A stretch of 63,610 nt of DNA, counting the filler, from Candidatus Woesearchaeota archaeon (GTDB lineage: Archaea; Nanobdellota; Nanobdellia; Woesearchaeales; J072): NCBI GenBank assembly GCA_003695265.1. It is 8 parts of 8 records of this genome, joined end to end, with 100 filler letters (N's around TTAATTAATTAA, not from the genome) between each part and the next. Parts side by side here need not be neighbours in the genome. Positions count along the whole stretch, not along the records: positions 36,581 to 39,495 come from RFII01000017.1; positions 39,596 to 44,614 come from RFII01000018.1; positions 44,715 to 57,767 come from RFII01000019.1; 5 more parts are not named here. The stretch is one strand, 5' to 3'. Made by a program: the position numbers and the translations under genes. Below the pieces are notes generated by a model that was not told the origin of the DNA, did not search any database, and saw only the letters and a list, made by a program, of their open reading frames with translations. Shown here in pieces: positions 38,793 to 48,798 of this stretch (the first letter of the stretch is position 1; each line of letters opens with the position of its first letter).

Positions 38793-39470
38793 CTACCTCA
38801 TGATCTTTCTTATTATTAATTTGAAAAGTATCCTGAAAGCATTCCAGCTGCTCTGCCCTCTTGACATAGAATAATCCGTGTAAATTGCTTTTATGGGCAC
38901 TTCTTTCATACGCAGCCTGTTTCTTCCAATCTCCTTTATTATTTCTGACGAAGCTTCCATACGGTTCATTCTTATCCTTATCTTTTCTGCAGCTTTTCTT
39001 GAAAAAAACCTAAGACCTGACTGGCTGTCAGTGCTCCAAACCCCAAAAAGCAGCCATGTTATCACATTAAAGCCCCAGTTACCTATCCTTCTTATCAACG
39101 GCATACCTTTCGGGTTAAGCAAGCGTGACCCAATAACAACGTCAGCCTCATTTTTCTCAATTATATCCACTCCTTTTTTTATGTCATTAACATCATGCTG
39201 GCCGTCCGCATCAAATGTGACAATTATGTCAGCGCCTTCCATAAGAGCTGCTTTTATTCCTGTGCCGAGAGCGCCGCCAAGACCCCTATTTATTATGTGC
39301 CTTAAGGTTATAGCCCCTGCTTTGCTTGCAATTTCAAAAGTCCTGTCTTTTGATCCATCATCCACAACAATTATATTATAATAACCCTTTTTTTGCAAGC
39401 ATTTTATCACTTTTCCTACTGATTTCTCCTCGTTGTACGCAGGGATGACAATAAAAATTTTCTGCTTCAT
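38793..39470 (-). CDS. GT2 glycosyltransferase (DPM synthase-like)
   Basis: VIPAYNEE, DDGSKD, NRGLGGAL, DADGQH, DSQSG. Confidence 0.9.
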   Translation of the reverse strand: MKQKIFIVIPAYNEEKSVGKVIKCLQKKGYYNIIVVDDGSKDRTFEIASKAGAITLRHIINRGLGGALGTGIKAALMEGADIIVTFDADGQHDVNDIKKGVDIIEKNEADVVIGSRLLNPKGMPLIRRIGNWGFNVITWLLFGVWSTDSQSGLRFFSRKAAEKIRIRMNRMEASSEIIKEIGRNRLRMKEVPIKAIYTDYSMSRGQSSWNAFRILFKLIIRKIMR

Positions 39471-39595
39471 TTAATCACTAAACTAACCCCTATAANNNNN
39501 NNNNNNNNNNNNNNNNNNNNNNNNNNNNNNNNNNNNNNNTTAATTAATTAANNNNNNNNNNNNNNNNNNNNNNNNNNNNNNNNNNNNNNNNNNNN

Positions 39596-39775
39596 ATTTA
39601 GAGGAGGACCCTGCTTCCATCTCTTATCCACAGGAAATTAACACATCTTCGTATTCTATCATTAATTACGGTCGCAGCGGCAATCCTTTGGTTGAAATTG
39701 TAACTCTGCCGGAGATTAACTCTCCTTCTAAGGCGCGCCAAATTTTAGTTTTTTTAAAACATGTCAGAATTTATT
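39596..39775 (+). pseudogene. gatB: Fragment resembling the GatB catalytic region, truncated against the convergent ABC permease
   Basis: LEEDPASISYP...SIINYGRSGNPLVEIVTLPEINSPSKARQ resembles GatB HLEED...DYNRxGxPLxEIVTxP; homology then stops. Confidence 0.6.
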
Positions 39776-40952
39776 CATACCTCAGTGCGTCCACTGGCTT
39801 TAGCCTTGCAGCCCTCAGCGCAGGAAGAATTCCTGATATCATTCCAAGAATAAAAGCGAATAGCAGGGCAAATATTATTATGCCGGGCTCAGCCCTTATT
39901 TTTAGTAGTTCAAAGCCGTACAATGATGCTATTCCCTCAACTGAGAATGCTATTGCCAAGCCAAAAATAACACCAATTATTCCGCCAATAAGGCCTATAA
40001 GCCCGCTTTCTATGAGAAATATCCTTAATATTCTTGACCTTCTCGCGCCTATAGCCTTCATTATACCTATTTCTTTTGTGCGCTCCAATACGCTCGTGTA
40101 CATGGAATTCATAATCCCAACAGCACCCACAAGCAGGGAAATAGCAGCGATTCCCGCAAGCACTGCCTGGATAACACCAAGCATTTGGTTTATTCGCTCA
40201 AGGATCTTTGCAGGAGTCAAAACCTGGAATTCGGTGTCGTCATGCTCCTTTTCCAACTTTCTTTTAATTTCCTTAATCATCTCGTTGATGTCGATTCCCG
40301 GCAGGACAGCCACGATGATTATATTAGCGACGTCCGGTTTGTTGAACATTTCCCTTGCAATGCTTATTGGAATGTAAACCCGTTTGTCAATCTCTGTTCC
40401 TGTGTTCTCAAAAATCCCGATGACCTTGAATTTCACACCATTTATTGCAATGCTGTTCTTTGCGTGAATCCTCTTTTTGAAAGTCTCATTTGCTACTTTA
40501 AAGCCGAGGATTGCCGAGTACTTGTCACTTGGCTCAAACATTCTTCCTTCAATAACTTTGACGTCAGTGTCAGCAAATGATTTCTTAGAAACAGATGTGT
40601 CCTCTGCCATTATGTTAAGGTATTGATTTTCATGGTTGTAAGCGACGTCAGCGTATTCTATTAGGATAGGGTTTATGTAATCAACGCCTTTTATTCCGCG
40701 CAGCAGGTCAGCATCGCTTTGCCTTAAGGCAGTGTCAGGGTTTGGCGGGCCGCGAAGGCTTCCAGGCACAACTCTTATTTGGCTTATGCCAAGTTTTTCG
40801 AATTGCTCCTGTATCGCGTTTTCCATACCTTGGCCGATGGTCATTAAGGCAACAATGGCAGCTATTCCTATCACTATCCCTATTATTGTCAGGTAGGATC
40901 TGAGCTTCCTGTTCAAGATGTTCTTCAAAACATACCTTAGCGAGTCATTCAT
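39771..40952 (-). CDS. ABC transporter permease (MacB/FtsX-like)
   Basis: RSYLTIIGIVIGIAAI, GIMNSMYTSVLERTKEIG, PVDALRYE. Confidence 0.92.
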   Translation of the reverse strand: MNDSLRYVLKNILNRKLRSYLTIIGIVIGIAAIVALMTIGQGMENAIQEQFEKLGISQIRVVPGSLRGPPNPDTALRQSDADLLRGIKGVDYINPILIEYADVAYNHENQYLNIMAEDTSVSKKSFADTDVKVIEGRMFEPSDKYSAILGFKVANETFKKRIHAKNSIAINGVKFKVIGIFENTGTEIDKRVYIPISIAREMFNKPDVANIIIVAVLPGIDINEMIKEIKRKLEKEHDDTEFQVLTPAKILERINQMLGVIQAVLAGIAAISLLVGAVGIMNSMYTSVLERTKEIGIMKAIGARRSRILRIFLIESGLIGLIGGIIGVIFGLAIAFSVEGIASLYGFELLKIRAEPGIIIFALLFAFILGMISGILPALRAARLKPVDALRYE

Positions 40953-40954
40953 TT

Positions 40955-42151
40955 TCAGTAATGCCTGATAGTGTCAGCAGGCTTCAGTTTCATTGCTTGA
41001 AGCGAGGGCAAAAGCCCTGATATCACGCCGACAACAAAAGCAAATATTAGCCCAAAAGCCACAAGCCCCGGGTCAAACACTTCAACTTTGAGCATTGAGA
41101 AACCGCTTATTGCAGCTCCTTTGCCTATGCCAAAGCTGATGAGCGATCCAACAAGAACACCAAACACGCCGCCCATAAAACCTATTATTCCTGACTCTAT
41201 CATGAATAAGGCGGCGATGCTCGAGTTTTTTGCGCCTATTGCCTTCATTATTCCTATTTCTTTTGTGCGCTCCAATACGCTCGTGTACATGGAATTCATA
41301 ATCCCAACAGCGCCCACAAGCAGGGAAATAGCAGCGATTCCTATGAGGACTATCCTCACAATCATGAGAACATCATTGAACTGCGCCAATAATTGTTCTG
41401 GAGTCTGAACCTCAAAATTATCGTTACCTCTTGACTTTTCCAATCTGCGCTGCACTTTGCTGGCAACCTGGTTTAAATCAACGCCTTTCTTTGCCACGAG
41501 CTCAATCATGGAAACAGCGTCTTTCCTGCCAAAGATTTCCTGCGCTGTCTTTAATGAGATGTAAACTGTGTTGTCATCCTCGGGATTGCCAATCTCATCA
41601 AATATGCCTATCACCTTGAAGTCCTTGCCCCCAATCTTTATTTTATTGTTTATCCTAATTGTTTCATCGAAAGCATTGTATGCTGTCCTAAACCCTATTA
41701 TTGCAGTGTTGTGCTCATTCGCAGTGGGGTAGCGGCCTTTTTCTAATGTTAGGTCTATTCCCTCAAGCCTTTTTTGGAGGTTGTCTAAAGGAGCTCCTAC
41801 CACGCCGAGGATTTTTTTCTCGCGGTTGAACGTTACTGTGTAATAATTCCAGTAGTAGGGGTTGACGAATTCGAAGTATGGCATTTTTTCAAGGGCTTCA
41901 ACATCATCGCTTGTCAGGCCTTCGCCTATTGGAGGGCCGCTTGCAGGGCCTGGCGTTTTTGGCATGACGTAAATCCTGTTGGAGCCCATCTTTTCAAACT
42001 GCTCTGTGATAGAGTTCTCAAGCCCTTTGCCCACACTAATCAAAGCTATTATTGCAGCAACCCCTATAACAATTCCTATGACTGTAAGGAATGATCTGAG
42101 CTGCCGGTTCCTTAGGTTTTCAACGGCAAATTTCAGATAGTCTCGAATCAT
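40955..42151 (-). CDS. ABC transporter permease (MacB/FtsX-like), paralog
   Basis: Same motif set as neighbour. Confidence 0.92.
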   Translation of the reverse strand: MIRDYLKFAVENLRNRQLRSFLTVIGIVIGVAAIIALISVGKGLENSITEQFEKMGSNRIYVMPKTPGPASGPPIGEGLTSDDVEALEKMPYFEFVNPYYWNYYTVTFNREKKILGVVGAPLDNLQKRLEGIDLTLEKGRYPTANEHNTAIIGFRTAYNAFDETIRINNKIKIGGKDFKVIGIFDEIGNPEDDNTVYISLKTAQEIFGRKDAVSMIELVAKKGVDLNQVASKVQRRLEKSRGNDNFEVQTPEQLLAQFNDVLMIVRIVLIGIAAISLLVGAVGIMNSMYTSVLERTKEIGIMKAIGAKNSSIAALFMIESGIIGFMGGVFGVLVGSLISFGIGKGAAISGFSMLKVEVFDPGLVAFGLIFAFVVGVISGLLPSLQAMKLKPADTIRHY

Positions 42152-43392
42152 TTCCTTTTCTTTCTTCTTCTGAGAATCAAGTATGCTACAGCCAGAACGA
42201 TTATTAGCAGAACAAAGTATTTTGTTTTGCCTGCCTGCTCTTCAAGGCCGTATTTTGCCAACTCATCTTTTGTGTAAAGCCTCAATTTTACAGGTACTTC
42301 GTCCTCGAATTCATTGTTGTAAGTGTCCCTGTAGCTTACCAGGAAATTGAGCGTGAGCTCTTTTTTGTCTGTGTCAAGAGCATAAATCTTGAATTCTGCT
42401 GTTTCAAAGTCGTCACTCTCAAGATTCCCCAAATATGATATTGTGTTGGATATGATTTTGTAGTCAGGGCTTTCCATCAGCTCAATTGAGACAAAGTTCA
42501 GGTCGCTTGCAATGTTTGAGAAGCTCACAACCACTTCGCCGCGCGAGCCTGCCTTGTAAAGGTTTGTGTCCTCCAATGCAAGAATGTATTTTGGCACCTC
42601 GTAAACTTTGATTCCGAACGTGGTGGTTAGGTTATAATCATTTCCGGATTCGTCTGAGTATTCAACTATTAAAGGAATTTTATGTATTGTTGAGTCTGAT
42701 TCTGCACTCGCAACAAGGCTGAACCCTATTTTTGTTGTTTGGCCTGACTTTATTTTTTTAATGATCTTCTTTGTTGTTGAGCCGATCGTGGCAAATGGCG
42801 TGTTGTCAAGGTCGAGTTTTACTTGAACGTTCTCAAGATTGGCGTCTGCCAGGTTTTCCAGCTCAACAGTAAGATTTACTTCTCCCCCAGGCCTTACTTC
42901 TGATGGTGTTGCTGTGACTTTGTCAACGGCCAGCAGCTTTTCCCTGCTTTCAATGCTTATAGCAGCTTCATCAGAATTTATTGAGGCGCCGCTCTCAAGC
43001 ACAAGCGCTATCTTAATGTTTTCTTCGCCCTCGACGGCGTTCTCATCAACTTTTACGCGCCATTTTACTATTACGCCGTCATCATCTATCTGCCTTGAGC
43101 CTAAAGTTCCTATTTTCTTTTCTATGTTGTCCTTACTATCAATTGAGAACGGGTAGTCAAGGATTATTCTTGCGCTCACATTAGGAAGAGAGCTTGAGCC
43201 GTAATTCTCAATCTTCCACCTCACGTCAACGAACTTTCCAGGCTCAACAGGGTCAGGGTCCTGGCTCAGAAAAGTGAATTGAATGTCATTTTTGCCAATA
43301 GTCGCCTCGTCTTCTCCTGTGGTAATAGTTAATGCCAGTGACGTGCCTGCCAAAAGCAGAAGACATGCTAAAAGTGTTAAGATTCTTCTCAT
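42148..43392 (-). CDS. COG1361 S-layer-domain-like protein with C-terminal TM anchor
   Basis: Signal peptide; QDPDPVEPG; repeated Ig-like units; TM followed by RRRKK. Confidence 0.8.
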   Translation of the reverse strand: MRRILTLLACLLLLAGTSLALTITTGEDEATIGKNDIQFTFLSQDPDPVEPGKFVDVRWKIENYGSSSLPNVSARIILDYPFSIDSKDNIEKKIGTLGSRQIDDDGVIVKWRVKVDENAVEGEENIKIALVLESGASINSDEAAISIESREKLLAVDKVTATPSEVRPGGEVNLTVELENLADANLENVQVKLDLDNTPFATIGSTTKKIIKKIKSGQTTKIGFSLVASAESDSTIHKIPLIVEYSDESGNDYNLTTTFGIKVYEVPKYILALEDTNLYKAGSRGEVVVSFSNIASDLNFVSIELMESPDYKIISNTISYLGNLESDDFETAEFKIYALDTDKKELTLNFLVSYRDTYNNEFEDEVPVKLRLYTKDELAKYGLEEQAGKTKYFVLLIIVLAVAYLILRRRKKRK

Positions 43393-43396
43393 TTTT

Positions 43397-44083
43397 TCAC
43401 ACCTCTTTAAGTATTTTCCCATCGTAAAGATGCTCTGTCCTGTCAGCATATTTGGTAAGGTTTGCGTCATGCGTGACCATTATTATTGTTTTTTTCTTGT
43501 CTTCATGAAGTTTTCTCAGGAATTCCATCACGATTTTTCCTGTCTTTGAGTCAAGGTTGCCTGTTGGCTCATCCGCTAATATTACTTCAGGGTCGTTTGC
43601 TATTGCCCTGGCAATTGCGACACGCTGCTGCTGCCCGCCGCTCAGCTCTGCTGGCTTGTGGTTAATTCTGTTCTCAAGCTCTACCAGCCTTAAAAGCTCT
43701 TCAGCCCTCTTAACCCTTTTATTATACGGCACGTTCTGAAACGTCATGGGCAGCATAACGTTCTCGAGCGCGGATAAAGTTGGGATTAGGTTGAATGTCT
43801 GGAATATAAAGCCTATTTTCTTGCCCCTTATTTGGGAGAGGTCTGATTCTGACAAGTGCGAGATGTCTTTTCCATCCAAAAGTATTCTTCCTTTTGTGGG
43901 TATGTCCAGGCAGCCTATCATGTTTACGGCTGTGCTTTTTCCTGAGCCGCTCGGCCCCATAAGTGCCAGGAATTCGCCTCGCTTTATAGCCAAGTTTAAG
44001 CCGCGCAAAGCCTCAACCTGCACATTGCCCATCTGGTATATTTTCCAAACGTTTTCTAACTTGATTATGTTGTTGTTTTTCAT
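43397..44083 (-). CDS. ABC transporter ATP-binding protein (LolD/MacB-like)
   Basis: [35 protein letters not shown]. Confidence 0.95.
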   Translation of the reverse strand: MKNNNIIKLENVWKIYQMGNVQVEALRGLNLAIKRGEFLALMGPSGSGKSTAVNMIGCLDIPTKGRILLDGKDISHLSESDLSQIRGKKIGFIFQTFNLIPTLSALENVMLPMTFQNVPYNKRVKRAEELLRLVELENRINHKPAELSGGQQQRVAIARAIANDPEVILADEPTGNLDSKTGKIVMEFLRKLHEDKKKTIIMVTHDANLTKYADRTEHLYDGKILKEV

Positions 44084-44559
44084 TTTTTCATTTTCTTCAG
44101 GTGAAAATTAATGTTTCTGAGAGCCTTCTCAATCATAAGCATCTGCTTGTAATAGTTTTTTATTATTCTCATCTTCTCTTTTTCCTCATTGTTAAGATTT
44201 ATTCCTCGGTTCTCCTTGAGCAGTTGGGGAACGAATTTTTTTGAGGGAAGGATTTCTTTCTCGTAAAACGCCTTGAACTTGTTCTCCATAAGCCTGCAGA
44301 AGTCTTTTTCCATGTAATAAAAAACCCTTTTTGTTCCAGGCTTCTTAATCCTCTGCACTGTGTTTGTGCCCTCGAACAGCCTCATCTTATTAGACACTGA
44401 CGCCAAGCTGTATCCTGTCATTTTCGCAAGTTTTTCCATGGGGATTTCATTTGGCTCAAGGTACAGTATTGCCAAAAGCTTTGAACTTAGCATGTCCATG
44501 CCAAAAGCCCGGTACACTCCAACAATAAAGTTGATGAACTTTCTTTCAAATTCTTTCAT
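44080..44559 (-). CDS. GbsR/MarR-family transcriptional regulator
   Basis: LAKMTGYSLASVS, KKPG.KR.FY. Confidence 0.8.
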   Translation of the reverse strand: MKEFERKFINFIVGVYRAFGMDMLSSKLLAILYLEPNEIPMEKLAKMTGYSLASVSNKMRLFEGTNTVQRIKKPGTKRVFYYMEKDFCRLMENKFKAFYEKEILPSKKFVPQLLKENRGINLNNEEKEKMRIIKNYYKQMLMIEKALRNINFHLKKMKK

Positions 44560-44714
44560 TTTGGCATTCCGAATATTTTTTATAATTTTTAGTATTTATT
44601 AAAAATAGTAAATANNNNNNNNNNNNNNNNNNNNNNNNNNNNNNNNNNNNNNNNNNNNTTAATTAATTAANNNNNNNNNNNNNNNNNNNNNNNNNNNNNN
44701 NNNNNNNNNNNNNN

Positions 44715-45005
44715 AACTGCAATTTTGTTTTTGAAGATTATTATACTTCATTATTAGAATTATTGCAAGCGATAGCATTCTTAAATGGTTATAACATACT
44801 AAATCATCTGTGCATAGGATTCTATTTAAGAGATATTCTTAAACGAGAAGATTTGTTTATAATATTTGATGATTTAAGGTACAAGAGAAATTCTTTAACT
44901 TATTACGGCACAAAAATGGACTACAATACAGCAAAACAGTCTATTGATAAATGCAAAACATTAATTAAAGAACTTAAGGAGATTATAAAAAATAGAAACA
45001 ATTAA
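44715..45005 (+). CDS. HEPN-domain protein, C-terminal part
   Basis: Frame open from contig edge; NH, FDDLRYKRNSLTYYG (Rx4Y variant of the HEPN motif). Confidence 0.6.
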   Translation, partial: NCNFVFEDYYTSLLELLQAIAFLNGYNILNHLCIGFYLRDILKREDLFIIFDDLRYKRNSLTYYGTKMDYNTAKQSIDKCKTLIKELKEIIKNRNN

Positions 45006-45079
45006 GCGAAGCGTACACCTGCGCGGGAAACTTTAATCAACTATGCCAATAAATAAGCTGAGCTTCTAAAAACAATTTT

Positions 45080-45997
45080 TTATTCCAAAACCTCTACTGA
45101 GTCTATTCTTCCATCCCCATCCATATCAAATCCTTCAACTATTGAATAAAAGCTTTTTTGTCCTGTGAACCTTTGCAGGACTTGCGGCCAGAACCTTGTG
45201 AGCGCTATGACCGCTGCTTTTGTTCCGGAGAACCTTATTCCGGCTATGTACAGTATTTTTGCGTTTGGGTTGTGCGGATGAGTAATCCTGCTGATTATTC
45301 CTATGTTGTCGTCAGTGTAAACCTTCATTTTTCCCTGTATTCCCCAAGGCTTCTTGTCAGTGTATTTTGCCGGCAGGTATTCATTAATCTTTGCTCCTAT
45401 AAGGTTTGTTACTGGGCCGCCTACAACGATAAGGTTTTCCCCTTTTTCTAAATCAACATCAACGTCAACGTTGACAGAAAACTTTTTTCCTATAGTGCAG
45501 TACTGACCCAAAAACACAGCCAAGTCAATTCCGTAATGCCCGTCTCGCGCTCTTGCCTTGTGCGGGCCATGGGGATCGGGGCTTCCAACAACAATCTTTG
45601 CCTGCAGCTCATTATTCTGAATAAAAGGGCTTAGAAATTCTAAGAGATGCTTGTCCTTCTTCTCCATCAGCCTGTGCAATTCATGCCATTCCTTGCTCAT
45701 GGAAACGCAAAAGTTCATTGCAACTGGCTTATATTTTTTGGCAGTTGTCCCCCTTATCTCTTTTCTCTCAACGACCTCAAGGATGCCAGCATCGACCAAA
45801 TGATTGATGTGATAATACACTTTTTGCTCCTGCATTCCCAGCTTTTTTGCTATTTCCATTGAGTACATCGGCTTTTTGTTGAGCATTTCGAGGATTCTTT
45901 CTTTTATTGGGTGGCTTATTGCCTTCATGCTCTTCAGAAAAACTGCTGGGCTGTAGTAAAGCCTGTTCTTCTCTTCTTTTAGCAGGTAAGCTTTCAT
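45080..45997 (-). CDS. ArsR-like HTH regulator with C-terminal ligand/S-layer-like domain
   Basis: HPIKERILEML...QKVYYHI; VVGSPDPHG, VGGPVTN. Confidence 0.75.
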   Translation of the reverse strand: MKAYLLKEEKNRLYYSPAVFLKSMKAISHPIKERILEMLNKKPMYSMEIAKKLGMQEQKVYYHINHLVDAGILEVVERKEIRGTTAKKYKPVAMNFCVSMSKEWHELHRLMEKKDKHLLEFLSPFIQNNELQAKIVVGSPDPHGPHKARARDGHYGIDLAVFLGQYCTIGKKFSVNVDVDVDLEKGENLIVVGGPVTNLIGAKINEYLPAKYTDKKPWGIQGKMKVYTDDNIGIISRITHPHNPNAKILYIAGIRFSGTKAAVIALTRFWPQVLQRFTGQKSFYSIVEGFDMDGDGRIDSVEVLE

Positions 45998-46232
45998 AAC
46001 TACTACAAATTTTTTTATAATATTTAAAACTTTTTATGTAATATTATAAATATTTTTTATCTTAAAAATGCTTTTTACAACAAGAATAATTGTTTTTTAT
46101 TGTTTTTTCAGTTAAATAAGCCTAAAATATCCTCTTTTCCAATAATTACCAATTATTATGCCTTATCTTATTTTTTTATTAAAACTTTTTTTTGAATTAA
46201 CCTTTTAAAGCACAAAAAATCAAGACAAATGT

Positions 46233-46928
46233 ATGAAAGAAGCGCTAATTTTGGCTGCTGGAAGAGGCACGAGGCTCATGCCCTTAACAAGCAACACCCC
46301 AAAGCCCCTTATTGAGGTAAACGGCAAGCCTTTCCTGTTTTATGTTATAAAGAACCTTCACAAAGCAGGAATTACAGACCTGAAAATAATTGTCGGCTAC
46401 AAAAAGGAAAAAATCGCTGAGTTCCTCAAAAGATACAATATTAAGGCCACGCTAATATTCCAGGAAGAGCAGAAAGGCACTGGCCACGCAGTTCTAACAT
46501 CTCGCAAATACATGGGCAAAGAGTTTTTGGTTGTCAGCGGAGACAACCTTTTTTCTTCTAATGACATAAAAGCCATTGCAAACAACAAATCAGATTACGT
46601 TATAGGAGCTTTAAAGCATGAAAACCCAGAGCAGTACGGCGTTCTAATAACAAGAAAAAACAAGCTTATCTCAATAGTTGAGAAGCCAAAAGTTTTTGTC
46701 GGCAACCTGATAAATGTCGGCTTGTACAAGTTTCATCATCACATCTTTTCTGTCCTTGAGAATATAAAGGAGTCTGAGCGCGGAGAAATCGAGCTTACCG
46801 ACGCAATAACGCAAATAGCGCAAACCCACCATTTTGAAGTCTTCCCCTTAAAAGACTATTGGCTTGACCTGGGTAAAAAAGAGGACATTCCCAAGATTGC
46901 GGAGTTTCTAAAAAAGGTGGGAGAATGA
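46233..46928 (+). CDS. Sugar-1-phosphate nucleotidyltransferase (GlmU-N/RmlA-like)
   Basis: LAAGRGTRLMPLT..PKPL, GTGHAV, VEKP, RGEIELTD. Confidence 0.92.
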   Translation: MKEALILAAGRGTRLMPLTSNTPKPLIEVNGKPFLFYVIKNLHKAGITDLKIIVGYKKEKIAEFLKRYNIKATLIFQEEQKGTGHAVLTSRKYMGKEFLVVSGDNLFSSNDIKAIANNKSDYVIGALKHENPEQYGVLITRKNKLISIVEKPKVFVGNLINVGLYKFHHHIFSVLENIKESERGEIELTDAITQIAQTHHFEVFPLKDYWLDLGKKEDIPKIAEFLKKVGE

Positions 46929-47017
46929 AAGAATACGAGGAGCTCATGCAGGATTATATTGCTCTTCTAAAAGCTTACATAGATCTTCGTGAAGAATTAG
47001 ATATCATAAGGAGATGA
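46925..47017 (+). CDS. Putative 30-aa small protein
   Basis: MKEYEELMQDYIALLKAYIDLREELDIIRR; ATGA overlap with upstream stop; ends 2 nt before glmS start. Confidence 0.45.
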   Translation: MKEYEELMQDYIALLKAYIDLREELDIIRR

Positions 47018-47019
47018 GA

Positions 47020-48771
47020 ATGTGCGGAATATTTGGTTATGTTGGAGATAGAAACGCCTCTCAAATATTAATGCAAGGATTAAAGGACCTTGAGTACAGG
47101 GGCTACGACTCATGGGGAATTGCTATAGCGAACAATGGAACCATTAATGTTATCAAAAGAAAAGGTGAAATAAGCAAGGCAGAGGATCTTTGCCTTGAAG
47201 GCAGAATCGGCATTGCGCACACAAGATGGGCGACTCATGGCGTGCCATCAGACATTAACGCTCACCCACATATATCTTATGACGGCGCACTTGCCATAGT
47301 TCACAATGGCATAATAACAAATTTTGAGGCTTTGCGGGAAAGGCTGCTCAAAGAAGAGTACAAATTTTCTTCAGACACGGATTCTGAAGTATTGGTTAAT
47401 TTAATACATTCTAAGATGAATGATGTTGGCTTGTTGGAAGCAACCCAGGCAGCCTTAACGGAAGTTGAAGGCAGCTATGCAATAGCTGTTTTATCAGCAA
47501 ATCACGATTATGTTGTGCTTGCAAAAAAAGAATCCCCATTTTTAATAGGGGTTGGCAATGATGAAATGTTCTTTGCCTCTGACATAATGCCAATGCTTGA
47601 TTACACAAAAAAAGTCATTACCCTCCATGACGGCGACACAGCAGTCTTAACACAAAACAGCTTTGAGGTTTTTAATAGCGACTCTAAAGTCACCAGAAGC
47701 GCAACATCAGTTCCATGGTCAAAAAAAGAGGCTGAGCTCGGCAACTTCGCGCACTACATGCAAAAAGAAATTCATGAACAGGAGCGAACAATTCAGGAAG
47801 CGCTACGCCAGCCGGCAGAAACATTAGAAGCCATTTGCAGCTCACTAAAAAACGCCGAGAGGATTTTTATCACAGCAGAGGGCACTTCTTTAAACGCGGG
47901 AATGGTCTTTGACCTGCTGCTAAGCGAGAAAGGCTACATGACTAAGTGCCTTCGCGCTTCTGAGCTCAGGCACCACAAAAACCAGATAACACAAGACTCA
48001 GTTGTGGTTGCTGTATCCCAATCAGGGGAAACAGCAGACTTAATAAGCGCGCTTAAGGACATTAAAGAAAAAAACCCAAAAGTAGTTTCTATACTGAACA
48101 GGGTGGGCTCTCATGTTGAGCAATTGAGCGATCATGTTATTTACATAAAGGCAGGGCCGGAAATTGGTGTTGCCTCAACAAAGGCTTACACAGGGCAGAT
48201 TGCTGTTATGTACTTACTGGCAGGAAACCTTAACGGCTCTCTTGATGAGACAAGGAGCCTACTTTTATCTACTGCAGAGAAAGTCCATAACATCTTGGCT
48301 GAGAGCGAGTCAGAAATCTCAAGAATTGTTGAAGAGCTTAAAGGGCAGCGGGACTTTTATTTCATCGGCAAGGGAATTAACCACGCGACAGCGTTAGAAG
48401 CCGCGCTGAAATTAAAGGAGATCTCTTATATTCACGCAGAAGGCTTTGCCGGCGGCGAATTAAAGCACGGGCCTTTAGCACTAATAGAAAAAGGAGTTCC
48501 TGTTGTTGTCATAGCTCCGAAAGACAGCACTTACCAAGACATTATCAGCAATGCGCACGAGGCAAAAACCAGGGGCGCAGCAATAATAGGAGTATCATCA
48601 GAAACACATACCCTATTTGATTATTTTGTAAAAATACCTGAAAACCATAGCACGATTTACCCAATCACTTCTGTCGTGCCATTACAGTACCTTGCCTACA
48701 AGATGGCTGTTGCCTTAGGCAAAAACCCTGACAAGCCTAGAAACCTGGCGAAGAGCGTAACAGTAAAATAA
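47020..48771 (+). CDS. glmS: Glutamine--fructose-6-phosphate aminotransferase
   Basis: MCGI, EYRGYDS, HTRWATHG, SQSGETAD, PRNLAKSVTV. Confidence 0.97.
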   Translation: MCGIFGYVGDRNASQILMQGLKDLEYRGYDSWGIAIANNGTINVIKRKGEISKAEDLCLEGRIGIAHTRWATHGVPSDINAHPHISYDGALAIVHNGIITNFEALRERLLKEEYKFSSDTDSEVLVNLIHSKMNDVGLLEATQAALTEVEGSYAIAVLSANHDYVVLAKKESPFLIGVGNDEMFFASDIMPMLDYTKKVITLHDGDTAVLTQNSFEVFNSDSKVTRSATSVPWSKKEAELGNFAHYMQKEIHEQERTIQEALRQPAETLEAICSSLKNAERIFITAEGTSLNAGMVFDLLLSEKGYMTKCLRASELRHHKNQITQDSVVVAVSQSGETADLISALKDIKEKNPKVVSILNRVGSHVEQLSDHVIYIKAGPEIGVASTKAYTGQIAVMYLLAGNLNGSLDETRSLLLSTAEKVHNILAESESEISRIVEELKGQRDFYFIGKGINHATALEAALKLKEISYIHAEGFAGGELKHGPLALIEKGVPVVVIAPKDSTYQDIISNAHEAKTRGAAIIGVSSETHTLFDYFVKIPENHSTIYPITSVVPLQYLAYKMAVALGKNPDKPRNLAKSVTVK

Positions 48772-48798
48772 TTATATTATTCTTACTCAGCACTTGTT

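Noticed and set aside
39626..39634. Perfect bacterial DnaA box TTATCCACA
   Set aside because: Single copy inside the gatB-like fragment; expected by chance.
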